From Malacoraja senta (lineage: Eukaryota): a DNA stretch of 64,000 nucleotides. Location: positions 10,294,001-10,358,000 of the forward strand of contig CM075996.1 of assembly GCA_038087875.1 (NCBI GenBank). Direction: 5' to 3'. Shown piece by piece: positions 52,990 through 64,000 of the stretch (within the stretch, counting starts at the first letter, position 1; the number at the start of each line of letters is the position of its first letter). The notes beneath the pieces were generated by a model, which had not been told where the DNA came from, did not search any database, and worked only from the letters and a program-made list of their open reading frames with translations. The position numbers and the translations under genes are program-made.

Positions 52990-55900
52990 TACGATTCGAT
53001 ACAACTTTATTTATCCCGGAGGGGAATTGGTCAGCCACCAGTCAAAAGATACAGTTACGAGGCATTGAAAGTGTTGTGCATTACAATAATAATGAAGTTT
53101 AAATGAGCGGTGATTGCACAGCACGTATGTAATGTTGCACAAACATGAAATTAAATTATCGAGTGGAAAAATCCAGGATGAGAGATGTGCAAGGGAGGAG
53201 GGGGGGGGGGGAGAGATTCATCTACCCCACGACAGAAGGGGGAGGAGTTGTACAGTTTGATAGCCAGGGAAAAAGGATCTCCTGTGGAGTTCTGTGCTCC
53301 ATCTTGGTGGAACCAGTCTGTTGCGGAAGGTGCACTTCAGGTTGACCAGTGTGTGTCATGGAGGGGGTGAGCTGTATTGTCCAGGATGCTCCATAGTTTG
53401 AGGAGCATCCTCCCCTCCAAAGACAACCTCCCATGAATCCCACTCCACTCAGAGTGCAGGGATAGCATAAAATTCCCTCTAACACGAATAAATCACGTTT
53501 GCATCTGATACTGGATGTGTCCATGACAGAAACTGACGTGTATGACAATCTCCAGCCCCGATACTAAGACTGAAATCACACCCCTTGCTACCTTGTGCCC
53601 TTAATTTAATATTGTTGACCATTATTGATGTGTTCTTTAGATATCAAAATATCAAGTTGCCAAGTTTGTGTTCTGAGGATTCCTGTACAACACGTAGCAT
53701 ATTCAGTGAGAATTGTTGTACAGTTGTTGTATACTTTATTTGTAAAACAAAATGATGCATTTATCATAGATGTATTTTCAGTGTGGACACATGTGATTCC
53801 TGTACTGTGGTAAAGTGCATTGTCCAGATATTGTTTTAAGATCTATGACTTTCTGCAATAAAATAACACAAATAAACGGCCACAAAATCACGTACAGAAT
53901 GTGCAATATTTTAAGGTTTATCTTAAGGGAGTAAATTAAATAATTAGCAATCCAAAAGCAATTTGGATCCCCTACACCCCGTAGAAATATTGATTTCTCT
54001 AACTTCAGGTAACCCTTGCATCCCCTCTCTCTCCATCCCTTCCCCACCCAAGTCATACCAGCTTCAAAGTCATCTTGTGGAGTCATGGTGTGTAGCTTGT
54101 TTTCACCTAGCACACGGCTAACAATGGCTTGTTTCCTTTATCATCGTTACTTTTTTGCATATCTTTCATTCATTTGTTCTACAGTATATATGTCACCGTC
54201 TATATCTCTCGTTTCACTTTCCCCCGACTCTCAGTGTGAAGAAGGGTCTCGACCCAAAATGTCACCTATTACTTTTCTCCAGAGATGCTGTCTGACCTGT
54301 TGAGTTACTCCAGCTTTTTGTGTCAATCTTTGCGATTGATATCCTTGCCAATCTTCCAGCATCTACAGCAGACCGATTGCTGAATTAGTTCCCTGTGTAA
54401 CAATCTTGCCTGGGGATTTTCTGCAGTTTATACAAACAAGACAAGACAAGAGACATTTATTGTCTCATGCACCAATTGGTAAAGTGAAATTTGAGGGTCA
54501 CCATACAGCCATACAAATACAAAAAGAACAGAACACGACAGTGTTTAACATAAACATCCCCCACACAGTGGAATCAAAGTTTCCCACTGTGAGGGAAGGT
54601 ACCAAAGTTCAGTCATCCTCCTCGATGATGTTCTTTGTTGTTCACCTGTGGTCGGGGCCTCCCGAAGCCCCCTGCAGTCACTGCTACGGGCGGCCCGATG
54701 TTCAGGCCCTCTCGCCGGGATGATAGAACTCCGACGTCGGAATGGAAGAACAACCTCAGCGGCTTGGACTTCCGACAGCATGGAAACATGGCCGCCAGGT
54801 CCACGCCGACCATCGATCACACTAATTCTATCTTCTTCCACTTTCTCATCTACTCCCTACACATTAGGGGCAATTTGCAGAGGTCCACAGTTTAAGGATA
54901 AGGGGGAAATCTTTTAGGACCGAGATGAGAAAAACATTTTTCACACAGAGAGTGGTGAATCTGTGGAATTCTCTGCCACAGAAGGTAGTTGAGGCCAGTT
55001 CATTGGCTATATTTAAGAGGGAGTTAGATGTGGCCCTTGTGGCTAAAGGGATCAGTGGGTATGGAGAGAAGGCAGGTACGGGATACTGAGTTGGATGATC
55101 AGCCATGATCATATTGAATGGCGGTGCAGGCTCGAAGGGCCGAATGGCCTACTCCTGCACCTATTTTCTATGTTTCTATGTCCAATAAACGTACAAACCC
55201 GCACGTCTTTGGAAATGTGGAAGGAAAACGGAAGAAAACCATGCGGTCACAGGGACAACGTGCAAACTCCACACAGACACAGGGGCGCCTCCTGCAGCCG
55301 ACCTTGAAGCCACTGGGAATGGCACTGGCAGCTGCGGGAGCCTCTCCCAGGACACAAAGATGGCCGGGGGATGCCGGTTCATGGGAACCAGTACATCGAC
55401 TGGACTTTGGACTTTTCAACACTGGCGGCAAAAATGTTGACGCCCACATATGTAATATATGCAAAAAGAAAGTTTCACTCTGCAGTTGTATGTAGAAACA
55501 TAGAAAATAGGAGCAGGAGGAGGCCATTCGGTCCTTCGTGCCAGCACCGCCATTCATTGTGATCATGGCTGATCGTCCCCAATCAATAACCCGTGCCTGC
55601 CTTCTCCCCATATCCCTTGATTCCACTAGCCCCTAGAGCTCTATCTAACTATCTCTTACATCCATCCAGTGATTTGGCACATAGAGCAGTGTTGACAGAA
55701 CTATTGAGTGAACCTGGGTCTCTGGCGCTGTGAGGCAGCAGCTCTACCAACTGTGCCACTCTAATGACAAAGGGAAACTGAATTCTTTATTCTGCCAACA
55801 AGTGCCTTTACTTGAGGTTGGGAGATCGCAGTAGGTAACTTCTAACACTGGGGAATCTTTCCCTTCCTCTCTCCCTTTCCGTGACACATGTTGAACCCTC

Positions 55901-58900
55901 TTTATGCTCACCACCATCTACAAACTCAAGCCACTGACAATCTCTCATTGGACACCGCGGTCAGTCTGAAGAAGGATGTTGACCCGAAACGTCACCCATT
56001 CCTTCTCTCCAGAGATGCTGCCTGTCCCGCTGAGTTACTCCAGCATTTTGTGTCTATCTCCGATGACTGAACAGGTCACCCTTTCCCTGACCGCAGTGAC
56101 TGCTGTGTTGTAGCTGAGGGTTCGTCATTAGTAAGCTACCCAGGGAGAAAAGAGGCCTTGTTTGCATGTGGCCTCACACTGTGTAGAGCCATAGAGTGAT
56201 ACAGTGTGGAAACAGGCCCTTCGGCCCAACTTGCCCACACCAACGAACATATCCCAGCTACACTAGTCCCACTTACCTGCGCTTGGTCCATACCCCTCCA
56301 AACCTGCCCTATCCATGTACATGTCGAACTGTTTCTTGAACGTTGGGATAGTCCCAGCATCAACTACCTCCTCCGGCAGCTCATTCCATACACCCACCAC
56401 TCTTTGTGTGAAGAAATTACCCCTAAGATTCCTATTAAATATTTTCCCCTTCACCTTAAACGTATGTCCTCTAGTCCTCGATTCACCTACTCTGCACAAG
56501 AGTACATGTATAATAGTACGGCTGCTCAGACCAGTAACTGGTAGGGACAATGGTCCATGCCAATACACCACAGCCTGTGGTGGAGGCAGATAGGGCCATG
56601 GTGTTTAAGAGATTTTTAGATAGGCACATGGATGTGTAGGGAGTGGAGGGATCAAGGGTTACAGGGTGAAGGCAGGAGAATGGCGTTGAGAGGGAAAAAT
56701 AGATCAGCCGTGATCGAGTGGTGGAGTAGATTTGATGGGCCAAATGGCCTCATTCTGCTCCTAGGTCTAATGGTCATGGTCATAATCCACAAATATTCTA
56801 GTATTTGTCCACACAGATAACAGTTGGTCTTGGCATCATGTTCTGCATGGACATTGTGGGCCGAAGGGCCTGTTCCTGTATTGTACTGTTATAGAACAGT
56901 ATCTCTTCCATGATATCTGCCGTGCTGTTCTCTGCTTAATGTCTGCCGATCGCAAGAGAGATAACTGGGATGCATGAAATGCAAGAATATTTTGTATATT
57001 GTGACCGTTAGACATTGGAGTAGAATTAGGCCATTCGGTCTATCAAACTTTCTCTCTCCATCACATTCTCCTGTGATCTCCCCGTAACCTTTGATGGCCA
57101 AACAAATCTACAACCTACCAATCTCTGCTTTAAAAACAGTCAATAACATGGCCTCCACAGCCACCTGTGGCAATTAATTCTACAGATTCACCATCCTCTG
57201 GCTAAAGAAATTCCTCCTCATCTCCTTTCTAAAGGTACGTGCTATTATTCTGAGGCTGTGCCCTCTGGTCCTAGACTCTCCCACCAGTGGAAACATCCTC
57301 TCCACATCCACTCTATCCAGGCCTTTCACTGTTCAGTCGGTTTCAATGAGATTCTCCCCTCATCCTTCTAGACGACAGCAAGGACAGGCCCACAGCCATC
57401 GAACACTCTCGTACAGTAACCTAATCATCTCAAGATCATTCTCGTCAACCTCCTTTGGACCCTCTCCAATATCAATACATCCTTCTTCAGATATGGGGCC
57501 CACAACTGCTCCCAATACTCCAAATATGGCCTGACCAGCTCTGCGTAAATGTGCAGCATTACGTCCTTGCTTTTATATTCTAGTCCCCTCAAAATGAATG
57601 CTAGCATTGCATTCACCTTCCTTACCACTGACTCACCCTGCAAATTAACCTTTTGGGAATCCTGCCTGTCCTGCTGAGTTACTCAAGCATTTTATGTCTC
57701 CCATTGAAATAAAATTGGCCTCAGTTTTCCTTGGCCGACAGCCTTATCCCCGAGTCAATTAACAAAGCTCGTCTGACACGCTCGTACTTCCAGTGGGATG
57801 TGGGAGGCTGTCTGTTTTAGTCATTACCCATTCTCGTAGAATAATTCACTATTTTCTAGGTAACTGAAAGACTGACATATGAGTTCATTACGGATGAAGT
57901 CTGAGAATAAAATATCACATAACTGACGTGTTTTCTTAGCAGAAAGTCACAGGAATTCTCAGACAGACTACAAGGTGCGTATATAAAACAATTGAATCAA
58001 AATGGGATAGTGTGTTATTAGTGAGGCTTGTACACATCCAGGTGTTCGCTCATAGAGTCATAGTCATACATCACGGAAACAGGCCCTTCAGCCCAACTCG
58101 TCCATGCTGACCAAGATGCCCCCCTCTAAGCTGAAGGAGGGTCCTGACCCATAAATGGCACCTATCCCTGCACTCTGGGAGGCACGGTGGCGCAGCGGTA
58201 GAGTTGCTGCCTTACAGCGCCAGAGACCCGGGTTCGATCTCGACTGCAGGTGCTGTCTGTACGGAGTTTGTACGTTCTCCATGTGACCGCCTGGGTTTTC
58301 TCCAAGATCTTCAGTTTCTTCCCACACTCCAGGTTCATTAACTTGGTATAAATGTAAATTGTCCCCTAGGGTCTGTAGGATAGTGTTAGTGTGCTGATCA
58401 GTGTGGACTCGGTGGACCGAAGGGCCTGTTTCCATGCTCTATCTCTAAACTAGACTAACCTAAGAGATACTTCCTGACCTGCTGAGTTACTCCAGCACTT
58501 TGTGTCGTATCCTGTCCATGGATGTTACCAGGACTGGAGGGATCCACACCATCCTGGCCACACACTCATCTCCCTGCTACCTTCAGGTAGAAGGTACAGG
58601 AACCTGAAGACTGCAATGTCCAGGTTCAGGAACAGCTACTTCCCCACAGCCATCAGGCTATTAAACTTGGCTCGGACAAAACTCTGAACATTAATAGCCC
58701 ATTATCTGTTATTTGCACTTCATCAGTTTATTTATTGATGTGTGTATATATTCATATAATGGTATATGGACACACTGATCTGATTTGTAGTCAATGCCTA
58801 CTATGTTCTGTTGTGCTGAAGCAAAGCAAGAATTTCATTGTCCTATCAGGGACACATGACAATAAACTCACTTGAACTTGACTTGAACTTGATGGTTATC

Positions 58901-60364
58901 AGAAGAGTCAGCAGAGCCTAGGACTTTTTTCGTGGAGGGTAGGCGGCTGAATGATGACTTGTAGCGGGTTATCTAAAATTACGTCGAGCATATATAAGGT
59001 CATCATCTTTCCCCCTGGGCAGGGTGGTCAAAAACTAGAGAACAGATTTAAGGAACGGAAGGAAAATTCTAAAGGCATAGAATGAACTGCCAGAGGAAGT
59101 GGTAGAACCATGTACAATAATGACATTTGGACAGATATGAAAGCTCTAGAGGGATGATAGACACACAATGCTGGAGTAACCAGGCATGATATTCACCTCC
59201 AGAAAAACAGTAGGAAGTATTGGCCGGGGGTCCAGGAGGCTGGCTAGGCACCTGGCAGGGTTCAGGGGCAGTGCCCCGGTGGGGGTTCAGGGGGCAATGT
59301 CCCCTGAGGCTCCTGCATTTTCAATAAATTGAAAGTGATTCGCAAGCTTTCTGCTGGTAATTTACATAACAGAAGCTTAGAATTTTTCTAACACATATCC
59401 AGTAAAATAACCCCCAAAAGATAAATATTTCATGAAATAATGACTTCATACAGCTAAAAAATTCTTTACAAAAAATATATGTTACCTGAAATGTCTCTTT
59501 GCCTAGCACTGTGTGCAAACAGCACAGAAAAAGTGATTGATAAACCTATGACATAAGTAACATTACCTAAACTAGTTTGACTTCCTCTTTGCCGGACACT
59601 TTCTTTTTGTATTATGCAAAACACAAACTGCTGCAGGAACTCAGCGAGTCAGGAAGCATCTCTGGAAGGAATGGACAGATGGCTATTCCGATTATGATCC
59701 TTCAACTGACCAATTGTCCATTTCCTCCGCGGATGCTGCCTGAAAGACAATGCAGACACAAAGAACTACAGTTGCTGGAATGTTGAGAAAGGAACTCAGC
59801 AGGTCCGTTCAGTTCAGAACTGACAACAAAGCAAACTGAACTGACCTGCAGAGTTCCTCCAGCACTTTGTGTTTTGCTCAAAATTCCCAAATCGGCAGTT
59901 CTTTGTCTCTCCATTGCATCACTGCTGCTGATCATAAGTATTTTGTTTTTTGGAAATAAGGAAATAAGGAAAGATAATTTCCCGAGATAGGCACAAAATG
60001 CTGCGGTAACTCAGCGGGACAGGCAGCATCTCTGGAGAGAAGGAATGGGTGACGTTTTGGGTCGAGACCCTTGCTGGTGCAGCCCGACCAAGTCTGCATC
60101 GACCATCAATCACCCGCTCACACTGGTTCCATGTTATCCCACTTTCTCATCCACTCCCTACACACTACGATCAATTTACAGAGGGCCAATTAACCTAATA
60201 ACCCGCACATCTCACTGCGAGCGCCACTGGTTGAGATATAAATGCAGTCTTGACACCAACGATCACATCCCCCACACCCCACCTATTGTCAAAGTACAGC
60301 AGGGGGCTGGACATTAACCTGAGGCTGGGGTAGGGCTGGTGTAACATGTCACCCACAATAGATA

Positions 60365-60711
60365 GGGTGTGTGTTTGAGATGTGTGAGTGTGAGATGTGA
60401 GTGTGTGTGTGAGATGTGAGTATGTGTGTGAGTGTGTTTGTGTGTGAGTGTGAGTGTGTGTGTGTGAGTGTGTGTGAGTGTGTGTGAGCGTGTGTGTGAG
60501 TCTGAACGTGTGTGTGTGAGCGTGTGTGTGAGTGTCTGAACGTGTGTGTGTGTGTGAGTGTGTGTGAGCGTGTGTGTGAGTGTCTGTGAACGTGTGTGTG
60601 AGTGTGTGTGAGCGTTTGTGTGTGAGTGTGTGAATATTGTGTAGATGGGGAAGTGGAGGGGAGTGTGTGTGAGTGAGTGTGTTTGTGTGAGTGTGTGTGT
60701 GTGTGAGTCTG

Positions 60712-60746
<35 letters not shown>

Positions 60747-61226
60747 CTGGGGGAGTGGAGGGGAGTGTGTGTGAGTGTGTGTGTGAGTGTGTGAGTGTGT
60801 GATGTGTAGATGGGGGAGTGGAGGGGAGTGAGTGTGTGTGTGAGTGAGTGTGTTTGTGTGAGTGTGTGTGAGTGTGTGTGAGTGTGAGTGAGTGTGTGTG
60901 AGTGTGTGATGTGTAGATGGGGGAGTGGAGGGGAGTGAGTGTGTGTGAGTGTGTGAGTGAGTGTGTGTGAGTGTGAGTGTGTGTGTGTGAGTGTGTGATG
61001 TGTAGATGGGGGAGTGGAGGGGAGTGAGTGTGTGTGTGTGAGTGTGTGTGAGTGTGTGATGTGTAGATGGGGGAGTGGAGGGGAGTGAGTGTGTGTGTGA
61101 GTGAGTGTGTTTGTGTGAGTGTGTGTGAGTGTGAGTGAGTGTGTGATGTGTAGATGGGGGAGTGGAGGGGAGTGAGTGTGTGTGAGTGTGTGAGTGAGTG
61201 TGTGTGAGTGTGTGTGAGTGTGTGTC
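60365..61226. repeat. (TG)n-rich tract with a recurring gatgtgtagatgggggagtggagggga unit
   Basis: Direct inspection. Confidence 0.95.
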
Positions 61227-61642
61227 CGTCACTGGACCCTAGAGATGTTCAGTCCCAGGGGATCGTTGGAGCTGATTGATTGACACACACAGTGTGGAAT
61301 CATCCCATAGACATACAGGCCCTTCGGCCCATCGGGTCCACGCCGACCATCAGTCACCCATTCACACTATTTCTATGTTACCTCACTTTCTCATCCACTC
61401 CCTACACACCAGAGGCATTTTACAGCGGGCCAATTAACCTGCAAACCTGCACGTCTTTGATGTGTGGGAGAAAATTTGGAGCACCCGGAGTAAACGGAGA
61501 AGATGCAAACGTGCAAACTCCACACAGACAGCACCCGAGGTCAGGATCAAATCGGGTCTCTAGTGCTGTGAGGCAGCAGATCTACCCACTGCGCCATGGT
61601 GTGTCACCCTGTGCCTAACCATACTTATCTGAAGAAGGGTCT

Positions 61643-62088
61643 TAGAAACATAGAAACATAGAAAATAGGTGCAGGAGTAGGCCATTCGGCCCTTCGAGCC
61701 TGCACCGCCATTCAATATGATCATGGCTGATCATCGAACTCAGTATCCTGTACCTGCCTTCTCTCCATACCCTCTGATCCCTTTAGCCACAAGGGTCACA
61801 TCTAACTCCCTCTTAAATATAGCCAATGAACTGGCCTCAACTACCTTCTGTGGCAGAGAGTTCCAGAGATTCACCACTCTCTGTGTGAAAAATGTTTTTC
61901 TCATCTCGGTCCTAAAGGATTTCCCCTTAATCCTTTAAACTGTGACCCCTTGTCCTGGACTTCCCCAACATCGGGAACAATCTTCCTGCATCTAGCCTGT
62001 CCAACCCTTTAAGAATTTTGTAAGTTTCTATAAGATCCCCCCTCAATCTTCTAAATTCTAGCGAGTACAAGCCGAGTCTATCCAGTCT
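61643..62088 (-). mobile_element. CR1 3' fragment inserted into a Penelope 3'-end motif
   Basis: (tagaaaca)n tail; ctgaagaagggtc at 61629-61641 resumes as gtcttgacccgaaacgtc at ~62085. Confidence 0.8.
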
Positions 62089-62637
62089 TGACCCGAAACG
62101 TCACCCATTCCCTCTCCAGAGATGCTGCCTGTCCCACTGAGTTACTCCAGCTTTTTGAGTCCATCACATACTTGTGTATAAACCCGGCTTCATTCAACTT
62201 GAATTAGAGATGGCCAATAAATACTGGCTTTGGCAGTTTTGCCCAGATCCTGAAAATGTAGAAACAAAAGCATTCCCTTACACTGTGTGATTTTACGCAG
62301 AAAACTTTGGGAAAACAATGCATTAATTAAAATTGTTTTTCTTTACCACATCACTTCACTCCTCATCTAACCCAGTAGAACATAGAACAGTACAGCACAG
62401 AAACAGGCTCTTCAGCCCACAATGTTTATGTCGAACATGTTGCCAAGCTGACCTGATCTCCTCTGCCTGCACGTGATCCATATCCCTCTGTACCCTGCAC
62501 TGCTATGTTCCTATCTAAAAGCCTCTTAAACGCCACTATTGCAGTTCTGGTTGCCCCATTACAGGAAAGATGTGGAAGCTTAGCAGAGGGTGCAAAGAAG
62601 GTTTGCCAGAATGCTGCAACTCTGCAACTCTGACAAG

Positions 62638-62851
62638 GGCCCAGGAGCCGTTGGAGCGGTTGCAGAGGGAGGAGCTACGTCCGAGCGGTGAGTTTAAAAC
62701 CTGATCGCGGGGCTTTGCTTTACAGAGGCCCAGGAGCCGTTAGAGCGGTCGCAGAGGGAGGAGCAACGTCCGAGCGGTAGGCTTAAAACCCGATCGCGGG
62801 GCTTTGCTTTACACAGGCCCAGGAGCGGTTGGAGCGGTCGCAGAGGGAGGA
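62638..62851. repeat. ~90-bp tandem repeat, 2.4 copies, GC-rich
   Basis: ggcccaggagccgtt.gagcggt.gcagagggaggagc...gctttgctttaca repeated. Confidence 0.85.
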
Positions 62852-62973
62852 ACCCAAATCTGTAACGTTCCAACGTTCCATTAGCATTTCAAAACAAGTG
62901 GACTTGCGGAAGCCGCTGATTGGTGGAAGCGGACAAGAGGAAGCAGCTGATTGGGAGTACAGAGACCAGCCCT

Positions 62974-63835
62974 GTTAGATTAGATTAGATTAGATTTTAT
63001 TTCTTGTCATTTGAACCTCAGTGAGGCTCAAACGAAACTCCGTTTCCACAGCCATACAAACAAAACAATTCCTACACGACACACAAACAATTCAATTTAC
63101 AGAAAAACATCCATCACAGTGAATCACCTCCTCACTGTGATGGAAGGCAAAGTCTTTTCTCTCCCTGCACCATTTTTCTCCTGATGTTGAAGCCCCAGGC
63201 GGGCAATGTTAAGTCCCACGGCCATTTTAGGCCGCGCCGGGCGATGTACGGCCCCGCTCCGGGCCCAGAAGTCATAGGTCGGAGCCCCCGGCGGGCGTTG
63301 GAATGTCCCGCGGCTGTTAAAGCCGCGCCGGGCGATGTACGGCCCCGCTCCGGGTCGTTCCAGCCCGCGACTCGGGCTGGAGAAGTTGCGTTGCAGGAGC
63401 TCCGGAAAGCGGTCTCTCACCCGGAACCGCGAGCTCCGATATCACAGTCCACCGGTCTGCAGCTGCAGCTGGAGCTCCGGAGTCGGGCCGCAGCAGCGAG
63501 GCACCACCGCTCCCCACGCTCCAAGGCCGGCCAGCCCCACGATGGTGAGTCCGCAGCTCTGCAGGCTCCGCGACTGGAGCCCCCAGGTCGTCCCGGTCGG
63601 AGGCCGCTCCACGGAGCTAGGCCCCAACTACAACGGAGACCCGACAGGGAAAAGGTCGGGTCTCCCGTGCAGGGAAGAGTTTTTAAAGTTTCCCCCCTCC
63701 CCCCCCCCCCCGCCCCCCACATATACACAGTTATAAACAGAACCCAAAAATACACAAACAACTACATTTAAGTAGACAAAAATTAAAAAAAAAAATTAAA
63801 AAGACAGACAGGCTGTAGGGGGCGCTGCAGTAACC
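62974..63835 (-). mobile_element. GC-rich non-autonomous retroposon with a (TCTAA)n tail
   Basis: (ttaga)n followed by ttttatttcttgtcatt on plus; similar GC-rich bodies at ~30000-30430 and ~54440-54810. Confidence 0.5.
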
Positions 63836-63850
63836 CTGCGCCACCGTTCT

Positions 63851-64000
63851 CAGAAGGGTAAGGAAAAGAAGAGGAGGGCAGTAGTAATGGGGGACTCTAT
63901 AGTTAGGGGGTCAGACAGGCGATTCTGTGGACACAGTCAGGAGACCCGGATGGTAGTTTGCCTCCCTGGTGCCAGGGTCTGGGATGTGTCTGAACGTGTC
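63851..64000 (+). mobile_element. CR1 ORF1 SGNH-esterase domain (runs off the window)
   Basis: KRRAVVMGDSIVRGSDRRFCG...VVCLPGARV. Confidence 0.88.

Noticed and set aside
60195..61232. 345-aa His/Thr-rich ORF
   Set aside because: Translation of (CA)n-rich repeats
63124..63771. GC-rich ORFs / CpG-island gene start
   Set aside because: Lies in an interspersed GC-rich repeat with a simple-repeat tail; similar sequence occurs elsewhere in the window

Overview
Repeat-dense vertebrate genomic DNA. The HE1/V-SINE-like tRNA SINEs and the CR1, Penelope and Rex1 retroelements suggest a cartilaginous fish (skate or ray); this is an inference. Three main contents: (1) A complete but decayed 9.4-kb class I (gamma/epsilon-like) endogenous retrovirus on the minus strand (8054-17480: LTR-gag-pro-2H-RT-RNaseH-IN-env-LTR), inserted into a SINE with a 4-bp CACA target-site duplication. 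It carries an extra domain with two HxT motifs (2H phosphoesterase-like) between protease and RT. (2) The last four coding exons of a SEPT3-like septin on the plus strand (32798-40954); its 5' exons were not found, and a 200-N gap lies upstream. (3) Many nested transposon fragments: CR1 LINEs, Penelope-like elements with hammerhead-like cores, a head-to-tail Helitron pair, a Leu-primed LTR relic, MITEs, and mini/microsatellites. Most ORFs in the supplied track are repeat-derived or low-complexity and are not genes. All calls are by eye; no database searches were run.
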